A DNA stretch of 64,000 nt from positions 20,989 to 84,988 of the forward strand of contig JAYVLQ010000093.1 in NCBI GenBank assembly GCA_043759355.1, written 5' to 3'. Shown piece by piece: positions 28,847 to 39,130 of this stretch. The stretch comes from Kofleriaceae bacterium (lineage in GTDB: Bacteria > Myxococcota_A > Polyangia > Haliangiales > Haliangiaceae). The notes under the pieces were generated by a model. It was not told the DNA's origin and ran no database searches. It saw only the letters and a list, made by a program, of their open reading frames with translations. Made by a program: the position numbers and the translations under genes. Position 1 is the first letter of the stretch; the number at the start of each line of letters is the position of its first letter.

Positions 28847-30283
28847 CTACGCGCAGCGACGGCGACGTCGACGCAGCACCAAGCCGAGCGCCACGAGGCC
28901 CAGCGCGATCGGTGCCCACGGAGCACGGTTGCCGTGCGCGACGCTGCAGCAACCGCTGCTGCCGGCGCTCTGCGGCAAGCACACGCCACCGGTTTCGCTG
29001 GTCGCGATGCAATCGAAGCTGGACGGACAGCCATCGGTCGAGCCGACGACACACGCTTGCGAGCAGTACTGGCCGACGTCCGAGTCCTGACAGATGCCCG
29101 TCGTGCAGAACTCGTTGTACGTGCAGGCACCACCGAGGAGGCCGGCCGGCGGATCCCAGAAACACTTGCCGGCTTCGCACTTCTGACCGGTCAAGCAGGT
29201 CGAGGCGGTCGCGCACGCGGCGCCCTTGGTCACCGTCGAGGTGGTCGAGTCGGTCTCGATCCCGAGGTCGTCGTACGCCTTGACCATCACGTCGATGACA
29301 CCGTCGGGAACGTTCGCCGGAGCGAGCATCGAGTAGGTCGTCATCAGTTGACCCGAAAGCGAGAACTTCGCGCCGGGCGTCGTCGCCCAGAGATGGTTGT
29401 TGAGATAGAGGTCGAGGTGCTTCACGCCGCGGCGAGAGAACGCGGTCGGGGCCACGACGAAGCCCTTCGCGACCGTCGCGCCGGTGGCCGGTGAATCGAG
29501 CGTCACGGTCGGGGCCGGAATCAGCGACGTACCAGGGCCGAACACCGAGGTCAGCTTGAGGTGCGAGTTGACGACCGACGCGCACGCGCAGGGCTTCGCA
29601 GTGAAGTCACCGCAGTTCGCGGTGCGGTTGCGGAAGAACTTCTGGCCGCCGCAGTTCGACAGGTACGTCATCGGATCGCTGCACGCAGACTCGCCATCGG
29701 TGAACGAAATCTCGTGATCGGGAAGACCGTATGCGTGGGCGATTTCCTGCGAGATAACCCAGCAAATGCCCCACACGCGGTTGCCGTTGTCTTCCTGCGC
29801 GAAGTCATTGACCGCGGTCTCGGCGAACGCGAACGCGATCTGGTTCGTCATCGGCGAACAGTCCGGCGAGCCCGGCCCGACCCCACCGACGCCGGTCGGC
29901 AGGCCGATATCTTGCGGGCGACCTGCGACGATCGCTTCGCTGTACTCGGTGTTCGGACGGACGTCCGTGACGGCCACGGCGAACGGCGAGTAGACCTCGC
30001 GGACGCATTGAACGACCTGAGCCCATTCGCCCGGCTGCCACGCGTACTCGCTGAACACGGATTGGGCCTGCGCCAGCGACGTGGTGTCGGTACGCGCGTC
30101 GGTCGAGCCCGGCTTGATCGTGCAGCCACCCGCGCAGTTGTTGAGAAAGATCGTCTCGCCGGTCAGCACGGTGCTCGGCGGATGCTGCGGCGGTTGGATG
30201 ACGGTGCGAATCTCCGGTGTCGCGGACGCGACGGCGACAGACGTGACGATCAGCGCGGCAACGGCGAAACGGACATTCAACAT
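28847..30283 (-). CDS. MYXO-CTERM-anchored secreted protein, metzincin-like domain with QExxHxxGLPxH motif (paralog 3)
   Basis: CWVISQEIAHAYGLPDHEISFTDGESACSDPMTY (29711-29749). Tail SGCCSVAHGNRAPWAPIALGLVALGLVLRRRRRRCA. Confidence 0.85.
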   Translation of the reverse strand: MLNVRFAVAALIVTSVAVASATPEIRTVIQPPQHPPSTVLTGETIFLNNCAGGCTIKPGSTDARTDTTSLAQAQSVFSEYAWQPGEWAQVVQCVREVYSPFAVAVTDVRPNTEYSEAIVAGRPQDIGLPTGVGGVGPGSPDCSPMTNQIAFAFAETAVNDFAQEDNGNRVWGICWVISQEIAHAYGLPDHEISFTDGESACSDPMTYLSNCGGQKFFRNRTANCGDFTAKPCACASVVNSHLKLTSVFGPGTSLIPAPTVTLDSPATGATVAKGFVVAPTAFSRRGVKHLDLYLNNHLWATTPGAKFSLSGQLMTTYSMLAPANVPDGVIDVMVKAYDDLGIETDSTTSTVTKGAACATASTCLTGQKCEAGKCFWDPPAGLLGGACTYNEFCTTGICQDSDVGQYCSQACVVGSTDGCPSSFDCIATSETGGVCLPQSAGSSGCCSVAHGNRAPWAPIALGLVALGLVLRRRRRRCA

Positions 30284-30330
30284 CGGCCTGATGAAGTACT
30301 ACAGGAATCCCCAAGCGTCAGCAGGATTTG

Positions 30331-32130
30331 TCACGGTGGCTCGTGGTGGCCGGTGACACGTGCTGACGTGTTGATGATGTCCGGGGCCGCCCACACCACA
30401 TCGACTTCGAGGTCGAGCGCTTCGGTCCCACTCGGATAGGCGACGCGAGAGACCGCGGACTCGATACAGAGCTTGAGGCTCGGCGAGCGTTCGGTGTCCT
30501 CGCCCTTGGCCTCGGCATCCGAGGTCGCACCATCGGGTGCGACACGCAGCGTGACCACCACATCGGAATCATTCGCACGCACCAGCGCGCTGCCGTGGCC
30601 GATCGACTCCGCGGTCAGCGGCCGGGAGGCCCACTCGTCGAAGCAGCCCTCGAGGTCGCGTTGTGCGGTCGCGACCGACGTGACGACCCGGCTGCTCTGC
30701 GACACCACGTGAGGCACGGCCTTCGCTATGCGCAGGTTGGTGACTTGCTCGAACAGCGAGTTGATCTCGGCCTCTTTCGCGACCAGCAGCTCCTTGTCGT
30801 GCTCGAGCGACTTGATGTCGTCTTCGTGCGCGAGGTCGCGTTCGATCAGGCGCTTGCGCAGCTGCTTCTTCTCGAGCTCGAGCTGGTTGATCCGGTCGAC
30901 TAGCACGCGAACCGTTTCGGTATCAGGCGGCTCGGGCAGGCGCGTGCCATGACCGCGCGACTCGAGCACCGCGGCGGTTGCACCACCGAGGACGACGAGC
31001 GCGACCGCGGCGAATGCGAGCGTACGACCACGCGCGTGTTGCACCGGAGGCGTGAGCTCGCCGATCAGCGCGGCCAGCGTGGGGAATCGATCGGTGCGCT
31101 CCTTCGAGAGCCCGCGCATCACGGCCTTCGCGACCGACGCCGGAATCTTCGAAGCATCGGGCGGCGGCCGTGCGGGCTCGCCGTGCTCGAGCATCGCGAC
31201 CGAGGTCGAATCGCGCAGCGGGTGGTGCCCCCAGAGCGCCTCGTAGAGCGCGACGCAGAAGCTGAACTGGTCGCTGCGCGCGTCGATGTTCGGGCCGAGT
31301 AGCTGCTCCGGCGCCATGTAGCGCGGCGTGCCGAGAACGGTGCCCGTCGCGGTCAGATCGACCTCGAGCGGCGAACCATTCGCGCGCGGCATGTCCGACG
31401 GCGAGGTCGGGCCGCGATTCGAATCGTCGATGCCGAACAGCGAGCGCGCGAGCCCGAAGTCCGTCACTCGGACGCGACCATCGCCACCGACGAGCACGTT
31501 GTCGGGTTTGAAGTCGCGGTGCAAAAGGCCCACCGAATGGGCGGCCATCAACCCGCGCGCCGCTTGATGAAAGATCTCGAGGGTCTCGCGCCACGTGCGC
31601 GGCCACTTCTTGAGCCACGAGGTCAGCGTGTCGCCCTCGACGAACTCCATCGCGATGTAGACGTCTTCGTTGTCTCCAGTCGTCCCCACGTCGTAGACGC
31701 CGACGACGTTCGGATGGTTGAGCTGAGCGATCGCTTGGGCCTCGCGCTTCAACCGTACGCGCGCCTCCTTCGCATTGACGCCGAGGTTCGCGCGCAGAAC
31801 CTTCAGCGCGATCTTGCGATCGAGCTGGGGATCGTACGCGGCGAACACGTGGCCCATGCCGCCCGAGCCGAGCGTCGAGAGCACGAGATAGCGACCGACG
31901 CGATCACCGATCGCGAACACCGGGAGCTTGCCGACCTGCGACTCGCTCACCTTTTCGTGCGGGTGAGTCTGGACATTACTGTCCATGTCGTCGGCACCCG
32001 CGAGCGCGGCGACCAGCGTGCGGCAGTCCCGGCACGACGCGAGGTGGGCTTCGACCTTGGTGGACGCGCTCGCGGTCATCCCCCCCGAAACGAACTCGCT
32101 GACGGTGTTGTCGTCGAGGTGATCGATCAT
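30331..32130 (-). CDS. Membrane Ser/Thr protein kinase with N-terminal zf-HC2-like motif
   Basis: Start chosen at [10 protein letters not shown] (alternative Met at 32208). [59 protein letters not shown], coiled coil, C-terminal extracytoplasmic domain. Confidence 0.85.
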   Translation of the reverse strand: MIDHLDDNTVSEFVSGGMTASASTKVEAHLASCRDCRTLVAALAGADDMDSNVQTHPHEKVSESQVGKLPVFAIGDRVGRYLVLSTLGSGGMGHVFAAYDPQLDRKIALKVLRANLGVNAKEARVRLKREAQAIAQLNHPNVVGVYDVGTTGDNEDVYIAMEFVEGDTLTSWLKKWPRTWRETLEIFHQAARGLMAAHSVGLLHRDFKPDNVLVGGDGRVRVTDFGLARSLFGIDDSNRGPTSPSDMPRANGSPLEVDLTATGTVLGTPRYMAPEQLLGPNIDARSDQFSFCVALYEALWGHHPLRDSTSVAMLEHGEPARPPPDASKIPASVAKAVMRGLSKERTDRFPTLAALIGELTPPVQHARGRTLAFAAVALVVLGGATAAVLESRGHGTRLPEPPDTETVRVLVDRINQLELEKKQLRKRLIERDLAHEDDIKSLEHDKELLVAKEAEINSLFEQVTNLRIAKAVPHVVSQSSRVVTSVATAQRDLEGCFDEWASRPLTAESIGHGSALVRANDSDVVVTLRVAPDGATSDAEAKGEDTERSPSLKLCIESAVSRVAYPSGTEALDLEVDVVWAAPDIINTSARVTGHHEPP

Positions 32131-32357
32131 CGAGGCATACAAGGCCGGGGCCGGCCGTTGGTCAGGGTAGCGCAGCTCGGCAGACGAACTCTTTAATTGC
32201 AAACACATGCCTGGTTGCCGAACCCTGGTATAAGGCCGGCTCACGAGAGACACCGCGGACTGCGCTGGGTTTCGCTTGCATCCGTTTGACGGGTGGGGTA
32301 GCAAACGCAGGATTTTTTAGGCTTTTACGGGTTTACGACACCTCCAGGAGACGCATC

Positions 32358-34496
32358 GTGCTGACCGACCTTTCCAAAGTTCGCAACATCGGGATCTCGG
32401 CCCACATCGACAGCGGTAAGACCACGCTGACCGAGCGCATCCTCTACTACACCAACCGGATCCACGCGATTCACGAGGTCAAGGGTAAAGACGGCGTCGG
32501 CGCCAAGATGGATTCGATGGAGCTCGAGCGCGAGCGCGGCATCACGATCCAGTCGGCCGCGACGTTCTGCCAGTGGCCGCCGGCCGCGACGGCCAAGACC
32601 GTCATGGCGGTCCCGGGCTCGCCGATCAAGGCGACCCACTGGATCAACATCATCGACACCCCGGGCCACGTCGACTTCACGATCGAGGTCGAGCGTTCGC
32701 TCCGCGTGCTCGACGGCGCCGTCATGGTGCTGTGCGGCGTCGCTGGCGTGCAGTCGCAGTCGTACACCGTCGATCGCCAGATGCGCCGCTACAAAGTCCC
32801 GCGCATCGCCTTCATCAACAAGCTCGATCGCACCGGTGCGAACCCGTACAAGGTGAAGGATCAGCTGCGCGAGAAGCTCAAGCTCAACCCGATCCTCATC
32901 CAGATGCCGATCGGTCTCGAGGACAAGCTCGAAGGCATCATCGACCTCGTCGAGATGCAGGCGTTCATGTTCTACGGGGACAACGGCGAGACGATCGAGC
33001 GAGTCGCGATCCCGGCCGACCTCAAGGAGAAGGCTGAAGAGCTGCGCGCCGAGATGCTCGATGGGCTCTCGCTCGTGAGCGATTCGCTGACCGAAGCGAT
33101 GCTCGAGGACAAGGTCACGCCGGAGCTCATCCGCGCGTCGCTCCGTGAAGTCACGATCGCGCTCAAGGCGACGCCCGTCATGATGGGCTCGGCGCTCGGC
33201 AACAAGGCCGTCCAGCTGCTCCTCGACGGCGTTTGCAACTACCTCCCCGAGCCGCGCGACGTCGAGAACATCGCGCTCGATCTCGACAAGGAAGAGGCGC
33301 CGGTCATCGTCCAGTCGGACGCGACCAAGCCGCTCGTCATGCTCGCGTTCAAGCTCGAGGATGGCCGCTACGGTCAGCTCACGTACGTCCGCATCTACCA
33401 GGGTGCGATTCGCAAGGACGAGTTCATCGTGAACTCGCGTAACGGAAAGAAGGTCAAGGTCGGCCGTCTCGTCCGCATGCACTCCGATGATCGCGAAGAG
33501 ATCACTGACGCGGGCGCCGGCGACATCTGCGCGGTGTTCGGCGTCGACTGCAACTCGGGCGACACGTTCACCGACGGCACCATCAACTACGCGATGACCT
33601 CGATGTTCGTGCCCTCGGCCGTCATCTCGGTCGCCGTGAAGCCGAAGGATGCCGGCGCCGAGATCAACATGTCCAAGGCGCTCCAGCGCTTCACGAAGGA
33701 AGATCCGACCTTCCGCGTGCACGTCGACCCGGAGTCCAACGAGACGATCATCGCGGGCATGGGCGAGCTCCACCTCGAGGTCTACATCGAGCGCATGAAG
33801 CGCGAGTACAAGGCCGAGGTCGTCACCTCGCCGCCGCAGGTCGCGTACCGCGAGACCATCACGAAGAAGACCGAGTACAACTACACCCACAAGAAGCAGA
33901 CGGGTGGCTCGGGTCAATACGGTAAGGTCGGCGGCCACTGCGAGCCATTCGATGGCGACTTCGAGTTCGCCGACGAGATCAAGGGTGGCTCGATTCCACG
34001 CGAGTTCATCTCGTCCGTCGAGAAGGGCTTCAAGTCGATGATCATGAAGTCGCCGCGTCTCGGCGTGCCGGTCGTCGGTCTGCGCGTCGTCCTCAACGAC
34101 GGTGGCGCCCACGCGGTCGACTCGAGCGATATCGCGTTCCAGGAAGCGGCTCGCGGTGCGTTCCGTGACTTCTTCCCGCGTGCCTCGCCGAAGATCCTCG
34201 AGCCGATCATGAAGCTCTCGATCGAGGGGCCGGCCGAGTTCTCGGGCAACATCCTCGGCCTCATCATGCAGCGTCGTGGCATCGTCCTCGGATCGACCGA
34301 AGAAGATGGCAACGCGCGCGTCGATGCCGAGGTGCCGCTCGCCGAAATGTTTGGCTTCTCGACGCCGCTCCGAAGCTCGACGCAGGGCAAGGCCGAGTTC
34401 TCGATGGAGTTCGCGAAGTATTCCGAGACCCCGGCGAACATCACCGAGGAGCTGCTCAAGAAGGCCGCTGCTGCGAAGGAAGCTGCTCGCAAGTAA
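32358..34496 (+). CDS. fusA: Elongation factor G family GTPase (paralog type not resolved)
   Basis: GTG 32358 is preceded by [38 protein letters not shown]. All five EF-G domains are readable. Confidence 0.9.
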   Translation: MLTDLSKVRNIGISAHIDSGKTTLTERILYYTNRIHAIHEVKGKDGVGAKMDSMELERERGITIQSAATFCQWPPAATAKTVMAVPGSPIKATHWINIIDTPGHVDFTIEVERSLRVLDGAVMVLCGVAGVQSQSYTVDRQMRRYKVPRIAFINKLDRTGANPYKVKDQLREKLKLNPILIQMPIGLEDKLEGIIDLVEMQAFMFYGDNGETIERVAIPADLKEKAEELRAEMLDGLSLVSDSLTEAMLEDKVTPELIRASLREVTIALKATPVMMGSALGNKAVQLLLDGVCNYLPEPRDVENIALDLDKEEAPVIVQSDATKPLVMLAFKLEDGRYGQLTYVRIYQGAIRKDEFIVNSRNGKKVKVGRLVRMHSDDREEITDAGAGDICAVFGVDCNSGDTFTDGTINYAMTSMFVPSAVISVAVKPKDAGAEINMSKALQRFTKEDPTFRVHVDPESNETIIAGMGELHLEVYIERMKREYKAEVVTSPPQVAYRETITKKTEYNYTHKKQTGGSGQYGKVGGHCEPFDGDFEFADEIKGGSIPREFISSVEKGFKSMIMKSPRLGVPVVGLRVVLNDGGAHAVDSSDIAFQEAARGAFRDFFPRASPKILEPIMKLSIEGPAEFSGNILGLIMQRRGIVLGSTEEDGNARVDAEVPLAEMFGFSTPLRSSTQGKAEFSMEFAKYSETPANITEELLKKAAAAKEAARK

Positions 34497-35702
34497 CTAC
34501 AGCAAGCAGCCGATCGCGATGATCCCCATCGCGAGGGCAAGTGCGACCACGACCGCGCGCCAGCTCGTCGAACTGTAGTTCGACGAGCTAGTCGCGGCCG
34601 TGACGCTTTCGGCCAAGGCGTTCGGTTTCGGTGGACCATTCGAGATCGGCGAGGTCCCCGCTGCGAGCCGCGGATGCGCATCGATCGCGAGCTGCGAGGG
34701 CCGGATCGGCGCGATGCCCGGGATCGTCGAATTCAAGCTGTTCGATCCGACCCACGCCAGCGGCATGTGTAGCGGCGGCGTCATGAGGGTCGGTGCGTCT
34801 TCATCGAGGTGCGCCATCGCGGCCGACAGCTCGGTCGCGTATCGATAGCGGCGCTGTGGATCCGCATCGAGGCACCGGAGAATGATCTGCGACAGGTTCG
34901 GCGGCACGTTCGAGATCGTGGGCGGCGGACCCGCGAGCACGGCGGCGAGCTGCGCGGCCGGACCGTTGACGTCGCCGTACGGGCGCTCGCCAACAATCAT
35001 CTCGTACATCACGACGCCGAGCGTGAAGATGTCGCTCTGCGCTGTCGCCATGCCGGTCATCTGTTCGGGCGCCATGTAATCGCCGGTGCCGATGATCTGG
35101 CCGATATGCGTGAGCGCGGCGTTGTCGAGCACGCTGGACTCGACGACCTTCGCGATGCCGAAGTCGAGGACCTTGACGTGATCGCGATCGGCGCCGCGAC
35201 GTTCGAGATGAATGTTCGCCGGTTTGAGATCGCGATGGACGATGCCGAGCGCATGCGCTTCGGCGAGCGAGCTGCATACGCCGCGCGCGATATGGACGAC
35301 GCGCTGCCACGTCAACACTCCCTGCGCTTTGTAGTGCTCGTACAAGCTCTCGCCCGAGAGCAGCTCCATCACGAGGAACGGGGTGCCATCGTCAGCCTCG
35401 CCCGCATCGACGGCGGAGACCGTATGCGGATCAGCCAGCGATGCGAGCGCTTCGATCTCGCGTCTGAACCGCGCCGCGATCGACGTATCGCGCGCGTGCT
35501 TCGCGTGCACGAGCTTCACCGCGACGTCTGATCCGGTCGCGAGATCGGTCGCGATGTACACCGCTCCGAAGCCGCCGGTGGCGAGCAAGTGCACGAGGCG
35601 ATAGCGCTCGCCGAGGATCTGGCCCAGCCGTGGATCGAGAGCCTCGATCAAGGTGTTGTCTGGGTCGGTCTCGGTCAGCATCGGCCCTCCTAATACGGAC
35701 AA
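34497..35702 (-). CDS. Tail-anchored Ser/Thr protein kinase
   Basis: ATGGFGAVY, VAVKLV, HRDLKPANI, DFGIA, APE. C-terminal TM AVVVALALAMGIIAIGCLL. Its stop abuts the EF-G stop (TAACTA). Confidence 0.85.
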   Translation of the reverse strand: MSVLGGPMLTETDPDNTLIEALDPRLGQILGERYRLVHLLATGGFGAVYIATDLATGSDVAVKLVHAKHARDTSIAARFRREIEALASLADPHTVSAVDAGEADDGTPFLVMELLSGESLYEHYKAQGVLTWQRVVHIARGVCSSLAEAHALGIVHRDLKPANIHLERRGADRDHVKVLDFGIAKVVESSVLDNAALTHIGQIIGTGDYMAPEQMTGMATAQSDIFTLGVVMYEMIVGERPYGDVNGPAAQLAAVLAGPPPTISNVPPNLSQIILRCLDADPQRRYRYATELSAAMAHLDEDAPTLMTPPLHMPLAWVGSNSLNSTIPGIAPIRPSQLAIDAHPRLAAGTSPISNGPPKPNALAESVTAATSSSNYSSTSWRAVVVALALAMGIIAIGCLL

Positions 35703-35860
35703 CTCGCGCCGGATGTTTACTCCGACTTTATCGAGCTCGTTTCGCCATCTGGACGCGGCTCTCTGCGTTTGCGGCGCGGGAATATTTCGTCACGGATGGT
35801 ACTTAATGTCCGCCGATGTAACCGCATGTAGGCAAGCCAAGCCGTAGTAACTTCCAGCCA

Positions 35861-37465
35861 ATGCTGAGCCCGACGATGATGGATGTCCCGCTGACGATCG
35901 ATTGGATCGCCGATCGCGCCGAGCGCTGGATGGCGGATGGCGAAGTGGTCTCGCGTCGCCCCGATCGCAGCTTGTCGCGCACGACCTACGGCGCGCTGAT
36001 CGGTCGCGCGAAGCAGCTCGCGCGCGCCTTGGTCGGCATGGGCGTGAACAAGGGCGATCGCGTGGCGACGTTGATGTGGAATCACGCGGAGCACCTCGAG
36101 ACCTACTTCGGCATTCCGCTCTCGGGCGCCGTGATCCACACGCTGAACTTGCGGTTGCATCCCGACGAGATCGCGTTCATCGCGAAGGACGCGGGCGATC
36201 GCATGTTGATCGTCGATGACGTGCTCGTACCGCTGCTCGAGAAGGTGCTCGCCGCGGGCGCGAAATTCGAGAAGATCTGGGTGGTCGGCAACCACGGCAC
36301 GTACGACAGCTACGAGGCGCTGCTCGCGAGCTCCCTGGGGGCTGATGTTGTCGCGCTGCCGAAGCTCGCCGAGACCGACGCGCTCGGCCTCTGCTACACG
36401 AGTGGCACGACGGGCCGCTTGAAGGGCGTCGTGTACTCGCATCGCTCGACAGTGCTGCACTCGCTCGTGGTCGCCCTGCCCGACTCGTTAAACGTGTGTC
36501 GCAACGACGTGCTGTTGCCCGTCGTGCCGATGTTCCACGTCAACGCGTGGGGCTTGCCGTACGTGTGCGCGATGACCGGTGCGAAGCTCGTGTTTCCCGG
36601 CCCGTACCTCGATGCGGCAAGCTGTCTCGAATTGATGGAGAGCGAACAGGTGACCTGCGCCGCAGGTGTGCCGACGATCTGGATCGGCATTCGCGATGCG
36701 CTCGAGGCGAACCCCACCAAGTACAAGCTGCTGCCCACGATCCGGATGATCGTCGGCGGCTCGGCCGCACCCGAGCAACTGATCCGCGACTTCGACAAGT
36801 TCGGCCTCCGCCTCTTACACGCGTGGGGCATGACCGAGACGTCGCCCGTCGGTACCGTGTCGCGGCTCTCGCCCGAGCTCGAGCAGGCGGACCTCGATAC
36901 TCAGTACAAGCAGCGCGCGAAGCAGGGTCGGCCCGTGCCGCTCGTCGATCTGCGCGTGCGCAACGAAGCAGGCGACGTGCCGGCCGACGACAAGACCAGC
37001 GGCGAGGTCCAGATCCGCGGGCCGTTCATCGCCGGCAGTTACCTGGGTGGCTACACGCCGGAGCGTTGGACCGACGACGGTTACTTCAAGACCGGCGATG
37101 TCGCGCGGATCGACAAGCACGGCTATATCCAGCTCACGGATCGCGTCGCCGATATGATCAAGTCGGGCGGCGAGTGGATCGCATCGCAGGAGCTCGAGAA
37201 CGCGTTGATGGGCCATCCCGCGGTCAAGGAAGCGGCGGTGATCGGCGTCGCGCATCCCAGGTGGAGCGAGCGGCCCCTCGCGGTGGTCGTGTTGAAAGAT
37301 GGCGCGCAGGTCACCGGCGAAGAACTGCGTTCGTTCCTCGCGCCGAAGTTCGCGAAGTTCTGGCTTCCCGAAGCGGTCGAGTTCGTCGATGCGATTCCAC
37401 GCACCTCGGCGGGCAAGTTCAAGAAGACCGAGCTGCGCGAGAAGTTCCGCGACCGGAAGTGGTAA
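35861..37465 (+). CDS. Fatty-acid-CoA ligase (AMP-dependent synthetase/ligase)
   Basis: LCYTSGTTGRLKGVVYSH, WGMTETSP, GYFKTGDVARIDKHGYIQLTDR, SGGEWI, SAGKFKK. Confidence 0.9.
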   Translation: MLSPTMMDVPLTIDWIADRAERWMADGEVVSRRPDRSLSRTTYGALIGRAKQLARALVGMGVNKGDRVATLMWNHAEHLETYFGIPLSGAVIHTLNLRLHPDEIAFIAKDAGDRMLIVDDVLVPLLEKVLAAGAKFEKIWVVGNHGTYDSYEALLASSLGADVVALPKLAETDALGLCYTSGTTGRLKGVVYSHRSTVLHSLVVALPDSLNVCRNDVLLPVVPMFHVNAWGLPYVCAMTGAKLVFPGPYLDAASCLELMESEQVTCAAGVPTIWIGIRDALEANPTKYKLLPTIRMIVGGSAAPEQLIRDFDKFGLRLLHAWGMTETSPVGTVSRLSPELEQADLDTQYKQRAKQGRPVPLVDLRVRNEAGDVPADDKTSGEVQIRGPFIAGSYLGGYTPERWTDDGYFKTGDVARIDKHGYIQLTDRVADMIKSGGEWIASQELENALMGHPAVKEAAVIGVAHPRWSERPLAVVVLKDGAQVTGEELRSFLAPKFAKFWLPEAVEFVDAIPRTSAGKFKKTELREKFRDRKW

Positions 37466-37475
37466 CTTTGCCCCC

Positions 37476-38105
37476 GTGCCGTCGGTCCGCGCAGCGATCA
37501 AGAACGCGATGTTCGACCGCGTACCGGGCCTGCTCCGCCGTGGCCCCGCGACCACCAAGCGCGTCGCGCTCACCTTCGACGACGGCCCCGACGAGCTGAC
37601 GCCGCGCTACCTCGAGCTGCTTGATGATCTCGGCGTGCCGGCGACGTTCTTCGTGCTCGGCGAGCTCGCGAACAAGTACCCGGAGCACATCCGCGAGTAC
37701 CTCCGGCGCGGGCACCAGGTCGCGGGTCACGGCTACGATCACCAGCGATTCACGAAGCTGTCGCGGCGTGACTTACTCGATCAGTGCAAGCGCACCGACG
37801 AGGCGATCGGCGGCCAGGCCACGGGCACGTCCTGGGTCCGCCCGCCGCACGGTTCGCTCGATTCGATGTCACTGATCAACCTGCGCACGTCGGGCTACAC
37901 GGTCGCTCTGTGGTCGCTCGATTCGTGTGACTACTCCGATCGCGATCCGGCCACGCTCGCGCAGCGCTGCGTCTCGACCGCTGGCGAAGTGCTCCTGTTT
38001 CACGAGGGCCAGGAGTGGACGCTCGATGCGCTGCCGCGGATCGTCGCGGCGATCCACGGCGCGGGCCTCGAGTGCGTGACGATGTTCGATTTGTTCGCGC
38101 GCTAA
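37476..38105 (+). CDS. Polysaccharide deacetylase (NodB homology) family protein
   Basis: In-frame GTG 37476 (alternative ATG 37509) after the ligase stop. VALTFDDGPDE, GHQVAGHGYDH, RPPHG. The upstream part of ORF 37299 overlaps the ligase gene. Confidence 0.8.
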   Translation: MPSVRAAIKNAMFDRVPGLLRRGPATTKRVALTFDDGPDELTPRYLELLDDLGVPATFFVLGELANKYPEHIREYLRRGHQVAGHGYDHQRFTKLSRRDLLDQCKRTDEAIGGQATGTSWVRPPHGSLDSMSLINLRTSGYTVALWSLDSCDYSDRDPATLAQRCVSTAGEVLLFHEGQEWTLDALPRIVAAIHGAGLECVTMFDLFAR

Positions 38106-39130
38106 CCGGCGCGGGTCGCCCAGAATTTCGACATGATCGGCCATAACCGATCCGCCGCCTTGCGCGAGACGACCGCGCCGACGTGGCCGCCGCCTTGGAC
38201 GACCAGCTGTTTGTCGACAGACGACGTGCGATCGACGATCGGGGCGGCGCTATCGACCGGCACGATGTGATCGTCGGTGAATGCGATCGCGAGGATCGGG
38301 CACTTGATCGCCGAGAGATTCACGGGACGACCGGCGAGCGAGAACCCGCCGGTGATCAGGCGATTCTCCCGATAGAGCTCCTGGATGTACTGCGCGTAGC
38401 ACGCGCCCGGGAACGAGACATTGTCGCTGCCCCAGCGCTCGGTCGCGAGCATGCCTTCGAGGAACTCGTCGTCCCACGCGCGATCGAGGAGCGCGACGGT
38501 CTTCACCATGTCGCCCGCGGGCTTCAACATCTTGAACGTCGCCTGCATCAGCGGCCACGGCACGTTGCCGAATGCAGCGATCATCGAGCCGATATCGAAC
38601 GTCGGGACGCGCGTCCACGTCGTCATGATGCCGGCCTTGTCGAAGTCCAGTGGCGCGGCGAGCGCGAGGTACGAGGCGACGTGCTCGGGGAATGCGGCGA
38701 TGTAGGTCGTCGCGAGTGTCCCGCCGAGGCAGTAGCCAAGCATGTGGACCTTGCCCGACGGGCTGTAGCGCGCCGCGATCCGCGTCGCGCGGCCGATGTA
38801 GCGGCCGGCGATGTCGTCCCACGTGAGGTAGCGATCTTCGGCGCCAGGTGTGCCCCAATCGATGCAGAACACCTCGTGGCCCTGCGCGACGAGCCACTCG
38901 ATCAGCGAGCGCTCAGGCCCGAGATCGAGCACGTACCAGCGGTTGATGAGCGACGGGACCATCAGGATCGGCGTCTTGTACTTCGGCACCGCCGGTGCGA
39001 AGCGCATGAGCTTCCACTTGTTCTCGGTCCACACCACGGTGTGAGGCGTCGCACCGACGAGCGCGGGGCCCTTCGGCGCGCGCTTCCACAGCGCGACGAT
39101 CGAATCGAGTGGAGACTTCTGCGGCTTCAT
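38102..39130 (-). CDS. phaC: Class III-type poly(R)-hydroxyalkanoate synthase PhaC
   Basis: Trimmed to ATG 39128-39130 (MKPQKSPLDS), which overlaps the upstream stop as ATGA. 342 aa, lipase-box-like GYCLGG. ...ILMVPSLINRWYVLDL... ...FTDDHIVP... ...GGHVG. Confidence 0.85.
   Translation of the reverse strand: MKPQKSPLDSIVALWKRAPKGPALVGATPHTVVWTENKWKLMRFAPAVPKYKTPILMVPSLINRWYVLDLGPERSLIEWLVAQGHEVFCIDWGTPGAEDRYLTWDDIAGRYIGRATRIAARYSPSGKVHMLGYCLGGTLATTYIAAFPEHVASYLALAAPLDFDKAGIMTTWTRVPTFDIGSMIAAFGNVPWPLMQATFKMLKPAGDMVKTVALLDRAWDDEFLEGMLATERWGSDNVSFPGACYAQYIQELYRENRLITGGFSLAGRPVNLSAIKCPILAIAFTDDHIVPVDSAAPIVDRTSSVDKQLVVQGGGHVGAVVSRKAADRLWPIMSKFWATRAG

Noticed and set aside
32566-32643. Extra about 20-aa segment in EF-G between the ITI-SAAT segment and DTPGH, considered as an intein or insertion element
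   Set aside because: It is far too short for an intein. E. coli EF-G also carries an extension at this loop, so this is a variable surface loop. It is mentioned only as a paralog marker.
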